A stretch of 64,000 nt of DNA from assembly GCF_013122565.1 (NCBI RefSeq), contig NZ_CP053258.1. One strand, written 5' to 3'. Positions 1-8,878 of this stretch are shown here, piece after piece; the first letter of the stretch is position 1, and each line of letters opens with the position of its first letter. A model generated the notes under the pieces. It was not told where the DNA came from. It did no database searches and saw only the letters and a program-made list of their open reading frames with translations. Made by a program: the position numbers and the translations under genes. The stretch comes from Escherichia coli. Its GTDB lineage: Bacteria; Pseudomonadota; Gammaproteobacteria; Enterobacterales; Enterobacteriaceae.

Positions 1-1
1 G

Positions 2-2449
2 TATGAAGCCCGAGTTCCAGTGAGCAATTCCTTTGCGCCTAACATCACTTTTTCGGTGCTGTATACCCGTAACGGTCAGTACAGTTTTCAGAACGCCGGG
101 ATCAAAGTTGCCGTTCCCCAGCTGGATATCCGGGTGAAAACGGACAAAACCCATTACCAGCCTGGTGAACTGGTCAATGTCGAATTAACCTCGTCACTGA
201 AAGGTAAACCTGTTTCTGCGCAGCTAACGGTTGGCGTGGTCGATGAAATGATCTACGCGTTGCAACCGGAAATCGCGCCGAATATCGGCAAATTTTTCTT
301 TCCGCTGGGGCGTAACAATGTGCGTACCAGCTCCAGTCTGTCGTTTATCAGCTACGACCAGGCGCTCTCCAGCGAGCCGGTTGCGCCTGGCGCGACTAAC
401 CGCAGCGAGCGGCGAGTAAAAATGCTTGAACGTCCACGGCGTGAAGAGGTGGATACCGCGGCATGGATGCCGTCACTCACAACCGATAAACAAGGCAAAG
501 CGTATTTCACGTTCCTGATGCCTGATTCGTTAACTCGCTGGCGTATCACCGCGCGTGGGATGAACGGCGACGGGCTGGTCGGGCAGGGGCGTGCTTATCT
601 GCGTTCGGAAAAAAATCTCTACATGAAGTGGAGTATGCCAACGGTGTATCGCATGGGCGACAAACCGGCAGCAGGACTGTTTATCTTCAGTCAGCGGGAT
701 AACGAACCGGTGGCGCTGGTGACTAAATTTGCAGGCGCTGAGATGCGCCAGACGCTGACGCTGCACAAAGGGGCGAATTATATTTCGCTGACGCAGAATA
801 TTCAGCAATCTGGCTTGTTAAGTGCAGAACTGCAACAAAATGGGCAAGTGCAGGACAGCATTAGCACAAAACTGTCTTTTGTGGATAACAGCTGGCCCGT
901 TGAACAGCTGAAAAATGTCATGCTCGGCGGTGGCGAGAACGCGCTGATGTTGCCCGAGCAGGCGAGCAATATCCGGCTACAAAGTAGTGAAACGCCGCAG
1001 GAGATTTTCCGCAACAATCTTGATGCGTTAGTCGATGAACCGTGGGGTGGGGTAATCAACACCGGTAGCCGTCTGATCCCGCTCAGTCTCGCCTGGCGTT
1101 CGCTTGCCGATCATCAAAGTGCCGCCGCTAACGACATTCGTCAGATGATTCAGGATAACCGTCTGCGGCTGATGCAACTGGCGGGGCCCGGAGCGCGCTT
1201 TACCTGGTGGGGTGAAGATGGCAATGGTGACGCCTTCCTTACGGCATGGGCATGGTACGCCGACTGGCAGGCCAGCCAGGCGCTCGGCGTAACGCAACAA
1301 CCGGAATACTGGCAGCATATGCTCGACAGTTATGCCGAGCAGGCGGATAACATGCCGTTATTGCATCGGGCGCTGGTGCTGGCGTGGGCACAGGAGATGA
1401 ATCTGCCGTGCAAAACGTTGTTGAAAGGGTTGGATGAAGCTATCGCCCGGCGCGGAACTAAAAATGAAGATTTCTCTGAGGAAGACACCCGCGATATCAA
1501 TGACAGCCTGATCCTCGATACACCGGAATCTCCACTGGCAGATGCGGTGGCAAACGTCTTAACCATGACGTTGCTGAAAAAAGCGCAGTTGAAGTCCACG
1601 GTGATGCCACAGGTTCAGCAATATGCGTGGGATAAAGCGGCAAACAGCAATCAGCCGCTGGCGCACACGGTTGTGCTGCTTAATAGCGGTGGCGACGCTA
1701 CCCAGGCGGCCGCTATTTTAAGTGGTTTGACCGCTGAGCAATCCACTATTGAACGCGCGCTGGCCATGAACTGGCTGGCGAAATATATGGCGACAATGCC
1801 TCCGGTTGTTTTGCCTGCGCCTGCGGGCGCATGGGCCAAACATAAGTTAACTGGAGGGGGCGAATACTGGCGTTGGGTTGGTCAGGGCGTGCCGGACATT
1901 CTCTCTTTTAGTGACGAATTATCGCCGCAAAATGTGCAGGTCCGCTGGCGTGAACCGGCAAAAACGGCTCAACAAAGTAACATTCCGGTGACCGTTGAAC
2001 GCCAGTTGTATCGGCTTATCCCCGGTGAAGAAGAGATGAGCTTTACTCTGCAGCCGGTGACCAGTAATGAGATTGACAGCGATGCGCTGTATCTCGATGA
2101 AATCACGCTTACCAGCGAGCAGGATGCAGTTCTGCGCTACGGTCAGGTGGAAGTCCCGCTCCCGCCGGGAGCCGACGTTGAGCGCACAACATGGGGCATT
2201 TCGGTCAATAAACCCAACGCCGCGAAACAGCAGGGGCAATTGCTGGAAAAAGCGCGAAATGAAATAGGCGAACTGGCCTATATGGTGCCGGTGAAAGAAC
2301 TAACGGGAACGGTCACTTTCCGCCATTTGCTGCGCTTCTCGCAAAAAGGGCAATTCGTTCTGCCTCCTGCTCGTTATGTGCGTTCCTATGCACCTGCACA
2401 GCAAAGTGTTGCGGCAGGGAGTGAATGGACCGGGATGCAGGTGAAATAA
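2..2449 (+). CDS. yfaS: alpha-2-macroglobulin family protein (YfaS/MagD-like), C-terminal ~809 aa; 5' end is upstream of the window
   Basis: ORF open from window edge (frame of 20..2449); followed by yfaQ and yfaP in the conserved operon order; degenerate thioester-like GGGEN motif near nt 926-940. Confidence 0.8.
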   Translation, partial: YEARVPVSNSFAPNITFSVLYTRNGQYSFQNAGIKVAVPQLDIRVKTDKTHYQPGELVNVELTSSLKGKPVSAQLTVGVVDEMIYALQPEIAPNIGKFFFPLGRNNVRTSSSLSFISYDQALSSEPVAPGATNRSERRVKMLERPRREEVDTAAWMPSLTTDKQGKAYFTFLMPDSLTRWRITARGMNGDGLVGQGRAYLRSEKNLYMKWSMPTVYRMGDKPAAGLFIFSQRDNEPVALVTKFAGAEMRQTLTLHKGANYISLTQNIQQSGLLSAELQQNGQVQDSISTKLSFVDNSWPVEQLKNVMLGGGENALMLPEQASNIRLQSSETPQEIFRNNLDALVDEPWGGVINTGSRLIPLSLAWRSLADHQSAAANDIRQMIQDNRLRLMQLAGPGARFTWWGEDGNGDAFLTAWAWYADWQASQALGVTQQPEYWQHMLDSYAEQADNMPLLHRALVLAWAQEMNLPCKTLLKGLDEAIARRGTKNEDFSEEDTRDINDSLILDTPESPLADAVANVLTMTLLKKAQLKSTVMPQVQQYAWDKAANSNQPLAHTVVLLNSGGDATQAAAILSGLTAEQSTIERALAMNWLAKYMATMPPVVLPAPAGAWAKHKLTGGGEYWRWVGQGVPDILSFSDELSPQNVQVRWREPAKTAQQSNIPVTVERQLYRLIPGEEEMSFTLQPVTSNEIDSDALYLDEITLTSEQDAVLRYGQVEVPLPPGADVERTTWGISVNKPNAAKQQGQLLEKARNEIGELAYMVPVKELTGTVTFRHLLRFSQKGQFVLPPARYVRSYAPAQQSVAAGSEWTGMQVK

Positions 2450-4099
2450 GTGAACTGGCGCAGAATCGTCTGGCTATTGGCGTTGGTTACTCAGCCAACG
2501 CTTGCGGAGGAGACGCCGTTACAACTGGCGCTGCGGGGCGCGCAGCACGATCAACTGTATCGGCTGTCGTCATCAGGCGTGACCAAAGTCTCGGCATTAC
2601 CTGACACGCTCACCACGCCGTTAGGGAGTTTGTGGAAACTGTATGTTTACGCCTGGCTGGAGGATACCCATCAACCGGAGCAGCCCTACCAGTGTCGCGG
2701 AAACTCCCCGGAAGAGGTTTATTGTTGTCAGGCTGGGGAGAGCATAACGCGCGATACCGCGCTGGTACGTTCCTGTGGGCTCTATTTTGCGCCGCAGCGG
2801 TTGCATATTGGCGCAGATGTGTGGGGGCAATACTGGCAACAGCGTCAGGCACCTGCGTGGTTAGCGTCTCTTACTACGCTGAAGCCAGAAACCTCGGTAA
2901 CGGTTAAATCGCTGCTTGATTCATTAGCGACGTTACCTGCGCAAAACAAAGCTCAGGAAGTCTTACTGGATGTGGTGCTGGACGAGGCGAAAATCGGTGT
3001 CGCATCCATGCTCGGTAGTCGGGTACGGGTGAAAACCTGGAGCTGGTTTGCCGATGATAAACAGGAAATCCGTCAGGGTGGTTTTGCTGGCTGGTTAACC
3101 GATGGTACACCGCTGTGGGTTACTGGCAGTGGCACCAGCAAAACGGTACTAACCCGTTATGCGACGGTGCTTAATCGGGTTTTGCCAGTGCCGACGCAGG
3201 TTGCCAGTGGGCAATGTGTAGAGGTGGAGCTGTTTGCCCGCTATCCGCTGAAGAAAATCACAGCGGAAAAGAGTACGACGGCAGTAAAACCCGGCGTACT
3301 TAATGGGCGCTATCGTGTGACATTTGCCAATGGTAACCACATTACGTTTGTCAGCCACGGTGAGACGACCTTACTGAGCGAAAAGGGCAAACTGAAATTG
3401 CAGTCGCATCTCGATCGTGAAGAGTATGTTGCCAGAGTTCTGGATCGCGAGGCGAAAAGTACGCCACCTGAGGCAGCGAAAGCCATGACCGTGGCGATAC
3501 GCACTTTTTTACAGCAAAACGCCAATCGGGAAGGCGATTGCCTGACCATCCCTGACAGCAGCGCCACGCAGCGTGTTTCGGCTTCGCCAGCGACCACGGG
3601 GGCGCGAACGATGACCGCCTGGACGCAGGATCTCATCTATGCGGGCGATCCGGTTCATTATCACGGCAGTCGCGCTAGCGAAGGGACGCTTTCCTGGCGG
3701 CAAGCCACGGCCCAGGCGGGGCAGGGAGAGCGTTACGACCAGATACTCGCGTTTGCTTATCCCGACAACAGCCTTAGCCGCTGGGGAGCGCCACGCTCAA
3801 CCTGCCAGTTATTACCCAAAGCGAAAGCCTGGCTGGCGAAAAAAATGCCGCAGTGGCGGCGTATATTACAAGGCGAGACAGGGTACAACGAACCAGACGT
3901 GTTTGCGGTCTGTCGTTTAGTCTCAGGTTTCCCCTATACCGATCGGCAGCAGAAACGGCTGTTTATTCGTAACTTCTTTACGCTTCAGGATCGGCTGGAT
4001 TTAACCCATGAGTATCTGCACCTGGCCTTTGATGGTTATCCCACCGGGCTTGATGAGAACTATATCGAAACGCTGACCCGACAATTATTAATGGACTAA
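2450..4099 (+). CDS. yfaQ: uncharacterized protein of the yfaA-T-S-Q-P (mag-like) operon, 549 aa
   Basis: 549-aa ORF, GTG start overlapping yfaS stop, N-terminal signal-like segment; size and position match yfaQ. Confidence 0.8.
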   Translation: MNWRRIVWLLALVTQPTLAEETPLQLALRGAQHDQLYRLSSSGVTKVSALPDTLTTPLGSLWKLYVYAWLEDTHQPEQPYQCRGNSPEEVYCCQAGESITRDTALVRSCGLYFAPQRLHIGADVWGQYWQQRQAPAWLASLTTLKPETSVTVKSLLDSLATLPAQNKAQEVLLDVVLDEAKIGVASMLGSRVRVKTWSWFADDKQEIRQGGFAGWLTDGTPLWVTGSGTSKTVLTRYATVLNRVLPVPTQVASGQCVEVELFARYPLKKITAEKSTTAVKPGVLNGRYRVTFANGNHITFVSHGETTLLSEKGKLKLQSHLDREEYVARVLDREAKSTPPEAAKAMTVAIRTFLQQNANREGDCLTIPDSSATQRVSASPATTGARTMTAWTQDLIYAGDPVHYHGSRASEGTLSWRQATAQAGQGERYDQILAFAYPDNSLSRWGAPRSTCQLLPKAKAWLAKKMPQWRRILQGETGYNEPDVFAVCRLVSGFPYTDRQQKRLFIRNFFTLQDRLDLTHEYLHLAFDGYPTGLDENYIETLTRQLLMD

Positions 4100-4103
4100 T
4101 GCT

Positions 4104-4880
4104 ATGCGAAAGATTTTTCTTCCGTTGTTACTGGTGGCGCTTTCGCCTGTCGCTCACAGTGAAGGTGTGCAGGAAGTCGAGATTGATGCACCGCTCTCTG
4201 GCTGGCATCCGGCAGAGGGCGAAGATGCCAGTTTTTCACAATCGATCAATTACCCGGCGTCGTCCGTCAACATGGCAGATGATCAAAATATCTCAGCGCA
4301 GATCCGCGGCAAAATAAAAAATTATGCTGCGGCGGGTAAGGTTCAGCAGGGCCGGCTGGTGATCAACGGTGCCAGTATGCCGCAGAGAATTGAATCCGAT
4401 GGTTCATTTGCACGCCCTTATATTTTCACTGAAGGCAGCAACAGCGTGCAGGTCATCAGCCCGGATGGGCAAAGCCGACAAAAAATGCAGTTTTACTCAA
4501 CGCCGGGTACAGGAACGATTCGTGCACGTTTACGGCTGGTTCTCTCGTGGGATACGGACAATACCGATCTCGATCTCCATGTTGTCACGCCCGATGGCGA
4601 ACACGCCTGGTACGGTAACACCGTGCTGAAAAACAGTGGTGCACTGGATATGGATGTCACGACGGGGTACGGACCCGAGATTTTCGCCATGCCAGCACCA
4701 GTTCACGGGCGCTATCAGGTGTATATCAACTACTATGGTGGGCGCAGCGAAACGGAATTAACCACCGCCCAACTGACGCTGATCACCGATGAAGGATCGG
4801 TCAATGAGAAACAGGAAACATTTATTGTACCGATGCGTAATGCTGGCGAGCTGACGCTGGTGAAAAGTTTTGACTGGTGA
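4104..4880 (+). CDS. yfaP: uncharacterized exported protein of the yfaS operon, 258 aa
   Basis: 258-aa ORF with N-terminal signal peptide (MRKIFLPLLLVALSPVAHS), 4 nt after yfaQ. Confidence 0.8.
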   Translation: MRKIFLPLLLVALSPVAHSEGVQEVEIDAPLSGWHPAEGEDASFSQSINYPASSVNMADDQNISAQIRGKIKNYAAAGKVQQGRLVINGASMPQRIESDGSFARPYIFTEGSNSVQVISPDGQSRQKMQFYSTPGTGTIRARLRLVLSWDTDNTDLDLHVVTPDGEHAWYGNTVLKNSGALDMDVTTGYGPEIFAMPAPVHGRYQVYINYYGGRSETELTTAQLTLITDEGSVNEKQETFIVPMRNAGELTLVKSFDW

Positions 4881-4932
4881 TCCATCCCTTCACACAACCT
4901 GGCGCTCTCTTTTTTCAGATAAGACTGCTGGG

Positions 4933-4978
4933 CGATCTGCCGACGCCAGGATATAACCATTAACAAGCGTCGGCAGAT
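4933..4978 (+). terminator. 12-bp perfect inverted repeat (atctgccgacgc ... gcgtcggcagat) downstream of yfaP, candidate terminator hairpin
   Basis: inverted repeat read directly; weak T-run after it. Confidence 0.4.
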
Positions 4979-5151
4979 TGGTCATTTCTTATTCGTACTG
5001 AGAACTGTCCATTTACTCTGGCTTTCCTGGTTAAGGCAATGGTTTCCAAGCGATACGCATTATTGCAATGGTGACAGAACATTGCGGTAACACGCTTTTA
5101 CCGCTACCTTAACCACACTCCATCGGTCACCTGAGGCGGAGCTTCGCCCCT

Positions 5152-8001
5152 TTGAAATACCTTGCTTCTTTTCGTACAACCCTGAAAGCCTCGCGCTACA
5201 TGTTCAGAGCATTGGCGTTAGTGCTCTGGCTGTTGATTGCTTTTTCATCCGTTTTTTACATCGTTAATGCGTTACATCAGCGAGAATCGGAAATTCGTCA
5301 GGAATTTAATCTGAGTTCCGATCAGGCTCAGCGCTTTATTCAACGCACCTCTGATGTGATGAAAGAGCTGAAGTACATCGCTGAAAATCGCTTATCGGTA
5401 GAAAACGGTGTGCTTTCCCCGCGTGGACGAGAAACGCAGGCAGATGTGCCTGCGTTTGAACCGCTGTTTGCCGACTCCGATTGTTCCGCAATGAGTAACA
5501 CCTGGCGAGGTTCTCTGGAGTCATTGGCGTGGTTTATGCGCTACTGGCGCGATAATTTTTCTGCGGCTTACGATCTCAACCGGGTATTTTTAATCGGCAG
5601 CGATAACCTCTGCATGGCCAATTTCGGTCTGCGTGATATGCCAGTGGAACGCGATACCGCGTTGAAAGCTTTGCATGAACGCATCAATAAATATCGAAAT
5701 GCACCACAAGATGATAGCGGCAGTAACCTCTACTGGATCAGCGAAGGTCCGCGCCCTGGCGTCGGGTATTTTTACGCGTTGACGCCAGTTTATCTGGCGA
5801 ACCGGTTGCAGGCGCTTTTGGGTGTCGAGCAAACCATCCGGATGGAGAACTTTTTCTTACCGGGTACGTTGCCGATGGGGGTTACCATTCTTGATGAAAA
5901 TGGTCATACCCTGATTTCGCTTACCGGACCAGAAAGCAAAATTAAGGGCGATCCTCGCTGGATGCAGGAACGCTCCTGGTTTGGCTATACGGAAGGGTTC
6001 CGGGAGCTGGTGCTGAAGAAAAATCTGCCACCCTCATCGCTAAGCATCGTGTATTCGGTGCCGGTTGATAAGGTGCTGGAACGCATTCGCATGTTGATCC
6101 TTAACGCAATTTTGCTGAATGTGCTTGCCGGAGCTGCATTGTTTACTCTCGCGCGGATGTACGAGCGACGTATTTTCATTCCGGCGGAAAGCGACGCCCT
6201 GCGACTGGAAGAACATGAGCAGTTCAATCGCAAGATTGTCGCCTCCGCGCCAGTGGGTATCTGCATTTTGCGTACCGCTGATGGCGTCAATATTTTAAGT
6301 AACGAACTGGCGCATACCTATCTCAATATGCTTACGCATGAGGACCGCCAACGACTGACGCAAATTATCTGTGGGCAGCAGGTCAATTTTGTTGATGTCC
6401 TGACCAGCAACAATACCAATCTGCAAATCAGCTTCGTCCATTCGCGCTATCGTAATGAAAACGTGGCCATTTGTGTGCTGGTGGATGTTTCTTCGCGCGT
6501 GAAGATGGAAGAGTCGTTGCAGGAGATGGCACAAGCAGCGGAACAGGCGAGCCAGTCAAAATCGATGTTCCTTGCCACCGTCAGTCATGAGCTGCGAACG
6601 CCGCTGTATGGCATTATCGGTAACCTGGATCTTTTGCAAACCAAAGAGTTACCGAAAGGCGTCGATCGTCTGGTGACGGCAATGAACAACTCTTCCAGCC
6701 TGTTGTTGAAAATTATCAGCGATATTCTCGATTTCTCGAAGATTGAATCGGAACAGTTGAAGATCGAACCGCGTGAGTTTTCACCGCGTGAAGTGATGAA
6801 CCACATCACCGCCAACTATTTACCGCTGGTGGTACGCAAGCAGTTAGGCTTGTACTGCTTTATTGAACCGGATGTGCCAGTGGCCTTAAATGGCGACCCG
6901 ATGCGTTTACAGCAGGTCATCTCCAACCTGTTGAGTAACGCCATAAAATTCACCGATACCGGCTGTATAGTTTTGCATGTCCGCGCTGATGGCGATTATC
7001 TCTCTATCCGTGTTCGCGATACCGGCGTGGGGATCCCGGCGAAAGAAGTGGTGCGCTTGTTTGATCCCTTCTTCCAGGTCGGAACGGGCGTACAGCGAAA
7101 CTTCCAGGGGACCGGTCTGGGTCTGGCGATTTGTGAAAAACTGATCAGCATGATGGACGGCGACATCTCGGTAGATTCAGAACCGGGAATGGGCAGCCAG
7201 TTTACCGTGCGTATTCCGTTGTACGGCGCTCAGTACCCGCAGAAAAAAGGCGTGGAAGGGTTGAGTGGTAAACGCTGCTGGCTGGCGGTCCGCAATGCGT
7301 CACTCTGTCAGTTCCTGGAAACCAGTTTGCAGCGCAGCGGCATCGTCGTAACAACATACGAAGGGCAGGAACCGACTCCCGAAGATGTGTTAATCACTGA
7401 CGAGGTAGTGAGTAAAAAATGGCAGGGCAGAGCGGTAGTGACCTTCTGTCGTCGACATATTGGTATTCCGCTGGAGAAAGCGCCAGGGGAGTGGGTACAC
7501 AGTGTGGCTGCTCCGCATGAGCTACCGGCATTGTTGGCGCGTATTTATTTGATCGAGATGGAGAGCGACGATCCTGCTAACGCTCTGCCGTCGACGGACA
7601 AAGCGGTCAGCGATAATGACGATATGATGTTTCTGGTCGTGGATGATCATCCGATTAACCGACGTCTGCTGGCAGATCAGTTGGGATCGTTGGGCTATCA
7701 ATGTAAAACCGCGAATGATGGCGTCGATGCGCTTAATGTACTTAGCAAGAATCATATTGATATCGTGCTTAGCGACGTCAACATGCCAAATATGGATGGT
7801 TACCGCTTGACGCAACGCATTCGTCAGTTGGGACTGACGTTGCCGGTAATCGGAGTAACTGCTAATGCGTTGGCTGAAGAGAAGCAGCGGTGTCTGGAGT
7901 CCGGTATGGACAGCTGCCTGTCGAAGCCGGTAACGCTGGATGTGATAAAACAGACGCTGACGGTATATGCCGAGAGGGTCAGGAAATCGCGGGAATCGTA
8001 G
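5152..8001 (+). CDS. rcsC: hybrid sensor histidine kinase RcsC (949 aa)
   Basis: 949-aa ORF starting MKYLASFRTTLK (TTG start), HisKA (SHELRTPL), HATPase and C-terminal receiver domain (VVDDHPINRRL). Confidence 0.95.
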   Translation: MKYLASFRTTLKASRYMFRALALVLWLLIAFSSVFYIVNALHQRESEIRQEFNLSSDQAQRFIQRTSDVMKELKYIAENRLSVENGVLSPRGRETQADVPAFEPLFADSDCSAMSNTWRGSLESLAWFMRYWRDNFSAAYDLNRVFLIGSDNLCMANFGLRDMPVERDTALKALHERINKYRNAPQDDSGSNLYWISEGPRPGVGYFYALTPVYLANRLQALLGVEQTIRMENFFLPGTLPMGVTILDENGHTLISLTGPESKIKGDPRWMQERSWFGYTEGFRELVLKKNLPPSSLSIVYSVPVDKVLERIRMLILNAILLNVLAGAALFTLARMYERRIFIPAESDALRLEEHEQFNRKIVASAPVGICILRTADGVNILSNELAHTYLNMLTHEDRQRLTQIICGQQVNFVDVLTSNNTNLQISFVHSRYRNENVAICVLVDVSSRVKMEESLQEMAQAAEQASQSKSMFLATVSHELRTPLYGIIGNLDLLQTKELPKGVDRLVTAMNNSSSLLLKIISDILDFSKIESEQLKIEPREFSPREVMNHITANYLPLVVRKQLGLYCFIEPDVPVALNGDPMRLQQVISNLLSNAIKFTDTGCIVLHVRADGDYLSIRVRDTGVGIPAKEVVRLFDPFFQVGTGVQRNFQGTGLGLAICEKLISMMDGDISVDSEPGMGSQFTVRIPLYGAQYPQKKGVEGLSGKRCWLAVRNASLCQFLETSLQRSGIVVTTYEGQEPTPEDVLITDEVVSKKWQGRAVVTFCRRHIGIPLEKAPGEWVHSVAAPHELPALLARIYLIEMESDDPANALPSTDKAVSDNDDMMFLVVDDHPINRRLLADQLGSLGYQCKTANDGVDALNVLSKNHIDIVLSDVNMPNMDGYRLTQRIRQLGLTLPVIGVTANALAEEKQRCLESGMDSCLSKPVTLDVIKQTLTVYAERVRKSRES

Positions 8002-8210
8002 GACGGATAAGGTGTTTATGCCGCATCTGGCATTCAGTGCAAATGCCAGATGCGACGCTGACGCGTCTTATCTGGCCTACTTTAATGTAATCTGTTGAAA
8101 TAATGGGAATCGTAGGACGGATAAGGCGTTTACGCCGCATCCGGCAATCGGTGCAAATGCCAGATAAGACACTAACTAGTCTTATCTGGCCTACATCTGG
8201 CCTACAGATG
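7988..8210. repeat. REP/BIME element: two ~100-bp direct copies each containing REP palindromes (gtaggacggataagg...gccgcatccggca, cagataagac...gtcttatctg)
   Basis: direct repeat 7990-8090 vs 8103-8200 read in sequence; convergent rcsC/rcsB 3' ends. Confidence 0.85.
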
Positions 8211-8211
8211 A

Positions 8212-8862
8212 TTAGTCTTTATCTGCCGGACTTAAGGTCACAGAAGAGAGATAATTCAGCAGGGCGATATCGTTCTCGACACCCAGCTTCATCATCGCAG
8301 ATTTCTTCTGGCTACTGATGGTTTTAATACTGCGGTTCAGCTTTTTAGCGATCTCGGTCACCAGGAAGCCTTCCGCAAACAGGCGCAGAACTTCACTCTC
8401 TTTTGGCGAGAGACGCTTGTCACCGTAACCACCAGCACTGATTTTTTCCAACAGGCGAGAAACGCTTTCCGGGGTAAATTTCTTCCCTTTCTGCAGCGCG
8501 GCGAGAGCTTTCGGCAGATCGGTCGGTGCACCTTGTTTCAGCACGATCCCTTCAATATCCAGATCCAATACCGCACTAAGAATCGCCGGGTTGTTGTTCA
8601 TAGTCAGAACAATGATCGACAGGCTTGGGAAATGGCGCTTGATGTACTTGATTAAGGTAATACCATCGCCGTACTTATCGCCAGGCATGGAGAGATCGGT
8701 AATCAACACATGCGCATCCAGTTTCGGCAGGTTGTTGATCAGTGCTGTAGAGTCTTCAAATTCGCCGACAACATTCACCCACTCAATTTGCTCAAGTGAT
8801 TTGCGAATACCGAACAAGACTATCGGATGGTCATCGGCAATAATTACGTTCATATTGTTCAT
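8212..8862 (-). CDS. rcsB: response regulator RcsB (216 aa)
   Basis: ORF contains MNNMNVIIADDHPIVLFGIR; LuxR-type HTH C-terminus; start trimmed from 231-aa track ORF to the MNNMNV methionine. Confidence 0.95.
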   Translation of the reverse strand: MNNMNVIIADDHPIVLFGIRKSLEQIEWVNVVGEFEDSTALINNLPKLDAHVLITDLSMPGDKYGDGITLIKYIKRHFPSLSIIVLTMNNNPAILSAVLDLDIEGIVLKQGAPTDLPKALAALQKGKKFTPESVSRLLEKISAGGYGDKRLSPKESEVLRLFAEGFLVTEIAKKLNRSIKTISSQKKSAMMKLGVENDIALLNYLSSVTLSPADKD

Positions 8863-8878
8863 GTAATAGGCTACCTTG

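Noticed and set aside
2067-2267. Numerous 60-130-aa ORFs nested in or antisense to the large genes (for example inside yfaS, rcsC, rcsD)
   Set aside because: All lie within or opposite well-supported longer genes and show no independent coding signal.
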